Of a stretch of DNA of 64,000 nt, positions 17,837 to 26,289 are shown one piece after another. Location of the stretch: IMG/VR virus record IMGVR_UViG_3300042470_001026, one strand, 5' to 3'. Position 1 is the first letter of the stretch, and each line of letters starts with the position of its first letter. The notes under the pieces are model-generated. The model saw nothing but the letters and a program-made list of their open reading frames with translations. It made no database searches and was not told the DNA's origin. The stretch comes from an uncultured virus (IMG/VR IMGVR_UViG_3300042470_001026) (lineage: Duplodnaviria > Heunggongvirae > Uroviricota > Caudoviricetes). The position numbers were made by a program, and so were the translations under genes.

Positions 17837-19954
17837 ATGGCAACTGCACTTAAATTAAAAAACGATATTAATAAGCTCAAGGCTGCCCTACGAAGCAAGG
17901 CTACACCCAAGAGCTTTATACCTAAACTGAAATCCCAGCTTGAGAAGGCTGAAGCAGATTATGAAAGTGTAAAGGCTGGTAAAAAGTCAGCTCCGAAGGC
18001 TAGCAAGCAAGTAAAGTCCACTATGGACAAGCTAAAAGCCATTATTAAGAAAAAGAAATACGGAGCTTACCGTGCTCAAGGTGTAGACCTTAAAAAAGAT
18101 GCTGATAGACCAGCATTACCAACTGGCAAGCGAATTTCTAAAAATGGCAATACATACTACGAGTATCGTGCTAATCGTATTGATGTGAAGCAGCCTCCGA
18201 AGCGTTACCCGAAGTTGGAAGATGGCGGCATGATGGCAAAAGGTGGTGATGTAGATTATTTTGAGCAGTTGAAAGTATATGTACAAGGTGTTGGTGAAAT
18301 TTATAGCGGTCATAGTATGAAAAAAGCTACTGAAAAAGCAGAATCATACCTTGCTAAAAACCCTAAAGCTGAAGTAGCTATAGTTGATGAAAAATATGGT
18401 GATGAGTATGACCTTGAAGGAAATATTAAAGAGTATAAAAAAGGCGGCATGATGGCTAAAGGTGGGAAAACACGCCAATCTTTTATGATGGGTGATGAAG
18501 AAGTTTATATTGTAGACTCTTCAATAGGTCTCAAAGATGAAGTTTGTTTATTTTATAAGAAAGACGATTCAATCTTAAAATGTATTTCACAAAACCAATT
18601 AAAATCTTTTATTGAACAAGGTAAGCTGAAACCTAAAATGGCTTCAGGTGGAATGATGGCTGATGGTGGAATGATGGCGAAGGGTGGTGAGTTAAAAGAA
18701 GATGATTTTGTATGGAATGAATTTGGTAAGAAATTAGTGGTTGATAAGGTTACTGATACAGAGTATTTTCTAAAAGGATTTATGCAGACATCCACTTCCC
18801 CATTTTCTAAAAATAAAGTTGATACATACATTAAATTAGGTAAATGGAGTTTGAAACCCAAAATGGCTGATGGTGGGGTAATTTATCTGGAAAGCGTTGG
18901 GACATATTTCAGACCGTCTGATTTAGCGACTTCGTCTGAAGAGTCATTCTCTAACGAAGGCGAAATTGTGGATTTAGCAGATATTGACAATGAAGAGTGG
19001 TTTAATGCACTATCAGAAAAAGACAGAGCCACAATAGAAAAATATAAAGCTAAAGGTGGAATGATGGCTAAAGGCGGTGATTTAAGCTCAATCAAAAAGA
19101 AATACGAAGAGAACGAAGACGAAAATGCACACAGCGAGAATGTAGTCTTACTTGCAAAGCATTTTGGTACAAAAGAAGATTTAGCTAAGGCAAAAGAAAT
19201 ATTGGCCTTACACGAAAAAGAAGGTAGCTTATCAAGTGAAAATGGTAAAAAAAGACAAGAGTTACACTTAAAGCTAATTGGTAAGGCAAGAGCCGAAATG
19301 GGTAAGCAAGGTATAGAATTTGAGAAAGGTGGCTATATGGCGAAGGGTGGGGATATTGGAATTGAACTGATGGGGGGTCAATCAAATTCTGAACTAAAAC
19401 CGAGTGGGTATAAATTGATTTCAAAAAAAGGTAATGAGATAATCGTGTCTGACGATGGCGGTCAAACAAAAGAAAGATATGTAAAGAATAAATACGGAGT
19501 TAGTGGGTATCGTTTAGTTTACAACGGAAATGATTATGAATTTACTGATAGTTTTAAGGAAGGTGGCTATATGGCTGATGGTGGTATGACTCCTCTTGAT
19601 GTAAGTAATCAAATTTATGACATAACAGTTAGAATTGCAGAGCTCGGTAACATAAACACTGAAGCAGCTTACGAAGAGACAAAAAATCTGATGAAAATGA
19701 GGGCAGCTTTACAAGCTAGGGCACTTCATCTTCAAGATATGGAAATGGCTAAAGGTGGCGAGTTACACCGCTCTCAAGAAAAATATGCTTATGGTCGGTA
19801 CATGGCTATGGGTGGTGCTATAGAACATGGTCTTAAAAAAGGAGACCATATTATGGTAGTTAGAGGTAATATGTTGGGTATTAAAAATGAAATTACTGGA
19901 GAGATTGTTACCTTAAACATTGAAACTGGAGAAAGAAAAGAATCTAAAGAATAA
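17837..19954 (+). CDS. modular protein with about 16 [MYFL]xxGG repeats (putative virion cargo polyprotein)
   Basis: Repeated MMAKGG/MADGG/FEKGG separating short unrelated modules; basic N-terminus with KRISKNGNTYYEYRANR. Confidence 0.75.
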   Translation: MATALKLKNDINKLKAALRSKATPKSFIPKLKSQLEKAEADYESVKAGKKSAPKASKQVKSTMDKLKAIIKKKKYGAYRAQGVDLKKDADRPALPTGKRISKNGNTYYEYRANRIDVKQPPKRYPKLEDGGMMAKGGDVDYFEQLKVYVQGVGEIYSGHSMKKATEKAESYLAKNPKAEVAIVDEKYGDEYDLEGNIKEYKKGGMMAKGGKTRQSFMMGDEEVYIVDSSIGLKDEVCLFYKKDDSILKCISQNQLKSFIEQGKLKPKMASGGMMADGGMMAKGGELKEDDFVWNEFGKKLVVDKVTDTEYFLKGFMQTSTSPFSKNKVDTYIKLGKWSLKPKMADGGVIYLESVGTYFRPSDLATSSEESFSNEGEIVDLADIDNEEWFNALSEKDRATIEKYKAKGGMMAKGGDLSSIKKKYEENEDENAHSENVVLLAKHFGTKEDLAKAKEILALHEKEGSLSSENGKKRQELHLKLIGKARAEMGKQGIEFEKGGYMAKGGDIGIELMGGQSNSELKPSGYKLISKKGNEIIVSDDGGQTKERYVKNKYGVSGYRLVYNGNDYEFTDSFKEGGYMADGGMTPLDVSNQIYDITVRIAELGNINTEAAYEETKNLMKMRAALQARALHLQDMEMAKGGELHRSQEKYAYGRYMAMGGAIEHGLKKGDHIMVVRGNMLGIKNEITGEIVTLNIETGERKESKE

Positions 19955-19960
19955 TAAGTT

Positions 19961-21163
19961 ATGAAATTATTTACAAAAGACATAGATAAAAAGCTGTTTG
20001 CTCAATTTGATTTAGGGGGAGACCTAAAAAATCAAAAAGTAATAGCTAAAATATTTAACCCTTACGGTCGTGGAACTTGGTATATTATCAATTCAGACCC
20101 CTCTGACCCAGACTACTTATGGGCTATTGTTGACCTATTTGAAGTAGAAACTGGAAGCGTTAGCCGTAGTGAGCTAGAAACCATCAAAGTTCCTCCTTTT
20201 GGGCTACACCTTGAAAGAGACTCTGGCTTTACTCCAATTAATGCAGCTGAATTGTATAAAGGACTTGTAGCTGGAAAACGCTATAATGAAGGTGGTACTA
20301 CGGAGCAGAGCGAAAATAAAGAGATGATTCTAAATCAGGCTGAAGAGCTTGAGCATCACGTTGAAGAATTGGAAGAAGCTGCAAAAAAATCAGACCATGT
20401 GCCAGCTTGGATAGTTGCTAAAGTTGAAAGGGCTTCTACCGATTTAAGTGATGCTAGCCACTACCTAGATGCTGAAAATGAGCAGAAAAGAGAGGAAATG
20501 GAGGGAGAAGAAGAATATGCTCATGGAGGTGAGTTGAAATGGCAAGATGCTCAACTTGGGGATAGTGCCTTAGTCATATCAGAAAATAAAATGGGCGTTA
20601 TTATAAAGCCCTATGGTCGTAAGTTTCACCTGAAATTCATGGATGGTACTGAAAAGACGTATGATGCTTCAGACTTAAAGTTTTTTGGCGATATAGACGA
20701 TTTTGATAGGGGTGGTATGATGGCTGAAGGTGGTAAAACTGGAAGTGATTTAGAAGCTATTAAAAAGGATGCAAAAAAACTTTCACGCAGTTATGGGAAA
20801 ATTTATTTGTTACAGAGACAATCAGGAGGTAAGAAAGGTGAGTATGTATTAACTACAGAAGAGGATTTAATGGATGAAATGAATAGTGTTTACAAATCTT
20901 CATTTGTTAAATTATTCGGGAATGGTAAAGAGTATGAAAAAGGTGGAAAAATGGCTGAAGGTGGCAAGGTTAAATTCAAGGATAAGGTTGCATCTATTAA
21001 AGCCAGCCTCCTAAAACGCAAGAAAGTGCCTAAAGTAGTCCAAAAAGATTACGGTAAGACCTTTACCCCAGCTGAAGCAGAAGACTCCGCAAAACGTATC
21101 GTAGGGGCTCAAACAGCACGGGAAAGGCTTATGATGCGTATTAAATCCAAAAAGAAAAAATAA
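19961..21163 (+). CDS. DUF2958-like domain protein with xxGG repeats
   Basis: AKIFNPYGRGTWYI...LFEVETGSVSRSELE....GLHLERD; six xxGG motifs; basic C-terminus. Confidence 0.75.
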   Translation: MKLFTKDIDKKLFAQFDLGGDLKNQKVIAKIFNPYGRGTWYIINSDPSDPDYLWAIVDLFEVETGSVSRSELETIKVPPFGLHLERDSGFTPINAAELYKGLVAGKRYNEGGTTEQSENKEMILNQAEELEHHVEELEEAAKKSDHVPAWIVAKVERASTDLSDASHYLDAENEQKREEMEGEEEYAHGGELKWQDAQLGDSALVISENKMGVIIKPYGRKFHLKFMDGTEKTYDASDLKFFGDIDDFDRGGMMAEGGKTGSDLEAIKKDAKKLSRSYGKIYLLQRQSGGKKGEYVLTTEEDLMDEMNSVYKSSFVKLFGNGKEYEKGGKMAEGGKVKFKDKVASIKASLLKRKKVPKVVQKDYGKTFTPAEAEDSAKRIVGAQTARERLMMRIKSKKKK

Positions 21164-21711
21164 TGGCAAAAAGTAACGACCAAATTATATACGACGTTGC
21201 GATTTCAGAGGGCTTTAATCCTACGGCTGCTAAACTTATAGTAGCTCAAGCCCGTTTTGAAAGTGCTGACTATTCCTCAAACGTATTCAAGAAAAATTTG
21301 AATACAAGTGGTATGAAATTTATCGGTCAGCCACTTGCAACAAGAGGAACCCCAGCCCCAGCCAACGAACAGAGGTGCGGAGGTGGGTGTGATAGCGATT
21401 ATTATGCCAAGTTTAGGTCAGTAGAAGATAGTGCAAAAGACAAAATATCTAGGCTATATAATATCACAATGAGAGGGGTAACTCCACAGCAACTTAAAAA
21501 TGTAAAGAATGCTGATGAGTTTGCCAGTCTACTAAAAAAACGTGGATATTATGGTGCTCCTGAAAATCAATATGCAGCTGGCTTAAAAGCAAAGATACTT
21601 CGCATTCAGGTTGTTGAATTCGTAACCAAAAACAAGAATATGCTTTTAATTGGTTTAGGATTACTAGCCCTTGCTGGAGCTTATTACTTATATACAAAAA
21701 GTAAAAAATAA
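21163..21711 (+). CDS. glucosaminidase-like (GH73/FlgJ) hydrolase with C-terminal membrane anchor
   Basis: VAQARFES, N..GMK, YAKFRSVEDS, LKKRGYYG...Y; C-terminal TM followed by KSKK. Confidence 0.7.
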   Translation: MAKSNDQIIYDVAISEGFNPTAAKLIVAQARFESADYSSNVFKKNLNTSGMKFIGQPLATRGTPAPANEQRCGGGCDSDYYAKFRSVEDSAKDKISRLYNITMRGVTPQQLKNVKNADEFASLLKKRGYYGAPENQYAAGLKAKILRIQVVEFVTKNKNMLLIGLGLLALAGAYYLYTKSKK

Positions 21712-21715
21712 ATAA

Positions 21716-22213
21716 ATGTATAGTCTGGCAGTAAAAAATAGAGCTACTCAATTCATCAAAGACTACGGAAAAGGAATTGCACAAGCTATTCGTGGTACGG
21801 GCTTATTTTTCCCCGCAATTGTTGCACAAAAAGCCCTTGAAAGTGGGTGGGGTACAAGCGGTTTAACAAAAGAAGCCAATAATTTTGGTGGAATTAAATA
21901 CAATCCTAATTTACAAGGAGTTACGGGTTTTGTGATAAAAGATACAACCGAGTATGTTCGTGGAAAAAAAGTTATTGTAAAAGAGAAATTCAGCAAATTC
22001 AAGGACGTGGAATCAGGTATCAGAGCTACAATTCAAGTTTTAATGGGTGACCGATATAAAAATGCAAGACTAAAAGCAAAAACACCTGAAGAGCAGATAT
22101 TAATGATTGCAAGAGCGGGTTATACAACTACCCCTCCTCAGAAATATCTTAATTCTTTAGTAGGAATTATTGAAGCCACTCAGGACTTAACTCAGCTTGG
22201 AAGAATTTATTAA
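21716..22213 (+). CDS. glucosaminidase (GH73)
   Basis: AQKALESGWG, ANNFGGIK, TTEY, AGYTT..Y. Confidence 0.9.
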   Translation: MYSLAVKNRATQFIKDYGKGIAQAIRGTGLFFPAIVAQKALESGWGTSGLTKEANNFGGIKYNPNLQGVTGFVIKDTTEYVRGKKVIVKEKFSKFKDVESGIRATIQVLMGDRYKNARLKAKTPEEQILMIARAGYTTTPPQKYLNSLVGIIEATQDLTQLGRIY

Positions 22214-22221
22214 ATTACAAA

Positions 22222-22374
22222 ATGAAAAAGAATACATTAATTACAATCGGAATTTTAGTCGCAGCTTATACGGGTATTTATTTTTATCAACGATATAAGA
22301 GAAAGCAAGCTAATGAGCGGAAAGCATCTTACGATGAAGCACTTGCTGCAATAAATCAGTTATCTACGGAGTAA
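22222..22374 (+). CDS. 50-aa N-anchored membrane protein
   Basis: Hand-translated MKKNTLITIGILVAAYTGIYFYQRYKRK...STE*. Confidence 0.7.
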   Translation: MKKNTLITIGILVAAYTGIYFYQRYKRKQANERKASYDEALAAINQLSTE

Positions 22375-22403
22375 TTATTTTCAACATAAAAAAACCAAAA
22401 AAA

Positions 22404-22985
22404 ATGTACAAGTACGAAGAAAAAATCAACGAACTAGGGGGTACTGAAAACCTCTCTAAAGGCATCAAATCCTTAATCAGAGATTTCAAAAAAGCAGAAA
22501 AGTTTCTTCAGCAAGAAAAGCAAAAGCTAAAAGAAGCAACAGATGAGGAAGAAATAGCAGAAATTCAAAAAGAAATTGAAGAAACAATCGCTGCTTTAGA
22601 AGAGGGAGACGATGAAATCGTTAAAAAGGTAGAGAGTTACATGCGAAACAAAGAGGGCTACGAAGAAAGAATGAAAGTTATGCGTGCTAAACGTGATGCA
22701 GCTCTAGCTGAAAAAGGTCTACCCCCAGTAAATTATAAAGATAAAACAGTTAATACCCCAGCTCCACAATCAGCACCCGTTGCCCCAGTTACAGTTGCAG
22801 ATGCTCCAGCTCCAGTAATGGAAACAGTTATCACTAAATCTGGTGGCGGAGAAACGCAAGTATTAACAGAAAACCCAATCGTGGAAGAGAAAAAGGCTAG
22901 CGGTATGGGTAATATGATTTTATGGGGAGCTCTTGGATTTGCTGGAATATTAATAGGTGTAAATCTTTTTAAAAATAGGAATTAA
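22404..22985 (+). CDS. coiled-coil protein with C-terminal membrane anchor
   Basis: Charged helical N-terminus, Pro/Ala linker, C-terminal TM. Confidence 0.75.
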   Translation: MYKYEEKINELGGTENLSKGIKSLIRDFKKAEKFLQQEKQKLKEATDEEEIAEIQKEIEETIAALEEGDDEIVKKVESYMRNKEGYEERMKVMRAKRDAALAEKGLPPVNYKDKTVNTPAPQSAPVAPVTVADAPAPVMETVITKSGGGETQVLTENPIVEEKKASGMGNMILWGALGFAGILIGVNLFKNRN

Positions 22986-23266
22986 TGGCATACCGTATTA
23001 AGCCATATACTTACAGTCAAGCAAAGAAGCACGGGGTAGTTGTTAAACCCAGTAAAACAGAAGGCAAGAAAATTGATGTCTTCAACTCTAAAGGAGAGAA
23101 ACTTGCCTCAATTGGGGCTATTGGGTATGGTGACTACCCTACTTTTATGACTCAAAAGGGTAAGGAATTCGCTGATGAAAAGCGAAGACTTTACAAGATG
23201 AGACACGCTAAAGATAGGATTGTAAGAGGAACGGCTGGTTGGTATGCTGATAAATTACTTTGGTAA
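22985..23266 (+). CDS. DUF5754-like small basic protein
   Basis: KPS...KKIDV.....IGAIGY.DYPT.......RR.Y..RH.......AGWYA..LLW, recalled as the DUF5754 pattern. Confidence 0.7.
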   Translation: MAYRIKPYTYSQAKKHGVVVKPSKTEGKKIDVFNSKGEKLASIGAIGYGDYPTFMTQKGKEFADEKRRLYKMRHAKDRIVRGTAGWYADKLLW

Positions 23267-23336
23267 AAAAAATAAAATTTCATTGGAAACCGCTATAATT
23301 GAAAACCAACGACTCACAGAGCTAGTATAAGACGAA

Positions 23337-24458
23337 ATGAAAAACTTATCCAAAGAGGAACTTTTAAGCAGACTTGAAGCGATAAATAGAAGTAATGCTA
23401 TCATCTATTTTGACCTAAAAGGTAATATTTTGGGGGTAAATGATATTTTCCTAAAAGCGATGGGGTATAGAGAGGAAGAACATCAAGAGGTTATTGGTAA
23501 GCATCATAGTATGTTTGTTTGTGAGGACTATGCAAAATCAAGTGAATACGAAAAGTTTTGGGATATATTAAGAAGCGGTAAATACTATCAAGGCGAATTT
23601 GAGAGAAGAAAAAGAGATGGCAGTCTAATTAATCTTCAAGCGACCTACAACCCTATTTTTGACGAGGGTGGTACGATTACTAAAATAATGAAAATCGCTA
23701 CGGACATCACACCTATTGTAAAGTCTAAACAACAAATAGAGGCAATTAATAGAAGCACCGCCTCAATCGTTTTTAACACAGATGGCTTTGTTTTAGATGC
23801 GAATACTTTATTTTTATCTACTATGGGTTATGGCTCAAGTGAAAAGGATAAAGTGATAGGTAAACACCATAGTGTTTTTGTAAGTTATGAGCATTCAAAA
23901 AGTGATGAGTATAAAAAATTTTGGGAACAATTAAGAAGTGGTAAATCATTTGAGGGAACATTTGAAAGGAGAAAGGTAAACAACGATATAGTATATCTAA
24001 AGGCAACCTACAATCCCGTTTTTGATAGTAAAGGCAACGTGATTGAAGTAATTAAATTTGCAAGTGATGTTACGGAATCGGTAAATGATAAAAATCAAAT
24101 TGAGGCACTTTCCGAAAAACTAAAAGATGAACTTGACAAGTCTGAGCAACTAAAAAACTCAATTGAGATTGAAAAGAATGCTGCTTTGAATGACTTAGAT
24201 ACAATGATAAAAAAGAGCCAAAGTGAATTGATTAAAGTAATTGTTAAATGTGCGTTGGCGGTAATTATAGGAGTAGGTGTTGTTACAACTTGTTTATATT
24301 GGTTAGCGATGTTTACTGGCAAGGACACGCAAATAATTGGCTCTACATGGAGCAATATGTTTAGTGTGCTTCTTACAAACGCCTTTTCAATAGTTGGTAC
24401 AATAATGGGTATTAAGTACGCTACACAAGAAAATGGTAAAGAAAAAAAATTAACATAA
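23337..24458 (+). CDS. tandem PAS-PAS protein with coiled coil and two C-terminal TMs (no MCP or kinase output)
   Basis: Two copies of AINRS.A.I.F..G..L.AN..FL..MGY...IGKHHS.FV...Y..FW..L..G....G.FER......L.ATYNP.FD..G....K.A.D.T. Confidence 0.9.
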   Translation: MKNLSKEELLSRLEAINRSNAIIYFDLKGNILGVNDIFLKAMGYREEEHQEVIGKHHSMFVCEDYAKSSEYEKFWDILRSGKYYQGEFERRKRDGSLINLQATYNPIFDEGGTITKIMKIATDITPIVKSKQQIEAINRSTASIVFNTDGFVLDANTLFLSTMGYGSSEKDKVIGKHHSVFVSYEHSKSDEYKKFWEQLRSGKSFEGTFERRKVNNDIVYLKATYNPVFDSKGNVIEVIKFASDVTESVNDKNQIEALSEKLKDELDKSEQLKNSIEIEKNAALNDLDTMIKKSQSELIKVIVKCALAVIIGVGVVTTCLYWLAMFTGKDTQIIGSTWSNMFSVLLTNAFSIVGTIMGIKYATQENGKEKKLT

Positions 24459-24473
24459 CATAAAACAAACAAA

Positions 24474-24719
24474 ATGAAAAAGATAACAAAATGGATTAGC
24501 GGTTTTTTAAGCGAGAATGGGCAAGCATCAAGTAAAAGACTAGTAGGGGTCATGTGTGCTTGTTTCCTTTGCTATACCCTTTATGCAAATCACACTGTAG
24601 AGAACGAACCAAGCGAAGCATTGGTTTACACTGTTGGCTCACTTGCATTTGCTGCTTTAGGTCTTACAAGTGCTGAAAAAATATTTAAAAAAGATAAAAA
24701 TGAAACTCCAATCTCTTAA
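24474..24719 (+). CDS. holin-like 2-TM protein
   Basis: SSKR motif plus two TMs; overlaps the endolysin start. Confidence 0.6.
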   Translation: MKKITKWISGFLSENGQASSKRLVGVMCACFLCYTLYANHTVENEPSEALVYTVGSLAFAALGLTSAEKIFKKDKNETPIS

Positions 24720-25299
24720 TTCAATAATACCCGTACAAGTTCTTGCGGAAATAAATATTCTAGTAGAGAAATTTAGCCTTAATAGCGGGTTACGACTTTC
24801 TCACTTTCTAGCTCAATGTGCTCACGAAAGCGGGAATTTTAAAGTCCTAAATGAAAATCTTAATTATTCGGCTGACGGACTTTTAAAAATATTTCCTAAA
24901 TACTTTAAGGATAAGGCAACTGCTGACCTTTATGCCCGTAAACCAGAAAAAATTGCAAATCGTGTATATGCCAGCCGTATGGGTAATGGCGATGAAGCAT
25001 CAGGGGATGGGTATAAATTTCGTGGTCGTGGATATATTCAATTAACTGGCAAAGACAACTACAAAGCATTTTCAACCTTTATAGGGGAAGATTGTGTTGC
25101 TAGCCCTGACCTAGTTTCTACAAAATATCCACTTACTTCAGCTGCGTTTTTCTTTGAAAAAAACAAACTTTGGGACATTTGTGATAAGGGCAATACCAAC
25201 GATGTAGTTACAGCCGTGACCAAAAGAGTCAATGGAGGAACACACGGACTTGAGGATAGATTAAGCAAATTCAATACCTTTAACTCAATTCTAACTTAA
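24700..25299 (+). CDS. GH19 chitinase-like endolysin
   Basis: HFLAQCAHES, ENLNYS, GDGYKFRGRGYIQLTGKDNY, VTKRVNGG; ATG at 24700. Confidence 0.92.
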   Translation: MKLQSLNSIIPVQVLAEINILVEKFSLNSGLRLSHFLAQCAHESGNFKVLNENLNYSADGLLKIFPKYFKDKATADLYARKPEKIANRVYASRMGNGDEASGDGYKFRGRGYIQLTGKDNYKAFSTFIGEDCVASPDLVSTKYPLTSAAFFFEKNKLWDICDKGNTNDVVTAVTKRVNGGTHGLEDRLSKFNTFNSILT

Positions 25300-25309
25300 A
25301 ATAATTGAA

Positions 25310-25828
25310 ATGGCATACAAATTCAATATCTCACAAGGGGAAGAAATTCTCTTAAAAGCAGCTAGTATAGGAGCTGCAATTTTAGGTGTGGTAGCTGTTT
25401 ATAGTTTTTACAAAAACAACATATGGCAACCTAAAGTAGAGATTATAGATGTGGATTATGAAAAAGGGATAGCGAATTTACTTGTAAACGGAAAGCCATT
25501 TACGCTACGTGGCGATTCTTCATATCTTATAGGTTTTGACTGGGGCATCAAATTTGGTTATACGCCCAAAGGAACTGCTAGAAAAGCTGACCGAATCGAA
25601 ATTCTTAAGCGTGGAATGGTGCACAAAATACTAAGAAAAGCTGACGAAAAGCACGAAGCTGGGTTTACTGGATTTGACGAAAGGACGTTTTGGAACGATG
25701 CCTTTGAAGGCGGTAAAGGAAGCCTTACTGCAGTAGCAAGAAGCTTTACGGGAGATGAAAACGCTATTGTAAATGACGTATGGGGAGTAAAATCAGGCGA
25801 TGGGTTTTCAATTTTCAATGACAAATAA
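25310..25828 (+). CDS. N-anchored membrane protein with FTG motifs
   Basis: TM at about aa 15-33; C-terminal GFTGFDE and SFTGDE. Confidence 0.7.
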   Translation: MAYKFNISQGEEILLKAASIGAAILGVVAVYSFYKNNIWQPKVEIIDVDYEKGIANLLVNGKPFTLRGDSSYLIGFDWGIKFGYTPKGTARKADRIEILKRGMVHKILRKADEKHEAGFTGFDERTFWNDAFEGGKGSLTAVARSFTGDENAIVNDVWGVKSGDGFSIFNDK

Positions 25829-25931
25829 TTTGATATTGTAATCTTTATCAAAAAGTAAAATAAGATTTTGAATTTAGAAACGAATTAGTAATTTTATACA
25901 CGAAATCAACTTTAACTTAAAAATAAAAAAA

Positions 25932-26030
25932 ATGGACGGCAAAAAACTTCTTGGATGGGCTGTAGGACTTGCAGCTCTTGGTGTTACTGTTTATGTTATC
26001 AGTAAGACTTGGAAAGCGGGACAAAAATAA
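25932..26030 (+). CDS. 32-aa membrane peptide, copy 1
   Basis: MDGKKLLGWAVGLAALGVTVYVISKTWKAGQK*. Confidence 0.8.
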   Translation: MDGKKLLGWAVGLAALGVTVYVISKTWKAGQK

Positions 26031-26056
26031 TTTACTAACTTTTAAATTTTAAAAAA

Positions 26057-26155
26057 ATGAACGGCAACAAATTATTAGGCTATGTTGTAGGACTTGCAGC
26101 ACTTGGAGTAACTGTTTATGTTATTTCTATAGGTTGGAAGACTGGTCAAAAGTAA
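26057..26155 (+). CDS. 32-aa membrane peptide, copy 2
   Basis: MNGNKLLGYVVGLAALGVTVYVISIGWKTGQK*; 25/32 identical to copy 1. Confidence 0.8.
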   Translation: MNGNKLLGYVVGLAALGVTVYVISIGWKTGQK

Positions 26156-26165
26156 AATAAAACTT

Positions 26166-26285
26166 ATGGCGAAAAGTACAAAGAAGATAAGCGTTTCTGA
26201 TATTGCAAAACTTGCAAAGAAAATAAGAAAGCCCAATGAAAAATGGACAGATGCTATTAAGAGAGCAGCTGCCCAATTAAAATAA
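26166..26285 (+). CDS. 39-aa basic peptide (possible DNA-binding)
   Basis: MAKSTKKISVSDIAKLAKKIRKPNEKWTDAIKRAAAQLK*. Confidence 0.7.
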   Translation: MAKSTKKISVSDIAKLAKKIRKPNEKWTDAIKRAAAQLK

Positions 26286-26289
26286 TATT

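Noticed and set aside
17837..21163. CRISPR-like repeat/spacer array from the GG-motif DNA
   Set aside because: The repeats are degenerate at third codon positions, irregularly spaced and in frame within ORFs.
23337..24458. Methyl-accepting chemotaxis protein indicating a host chromosome
   Set aside because: There is no MCP signalling hairpin, the neighbours are viral, and no housekeeping genes are present.
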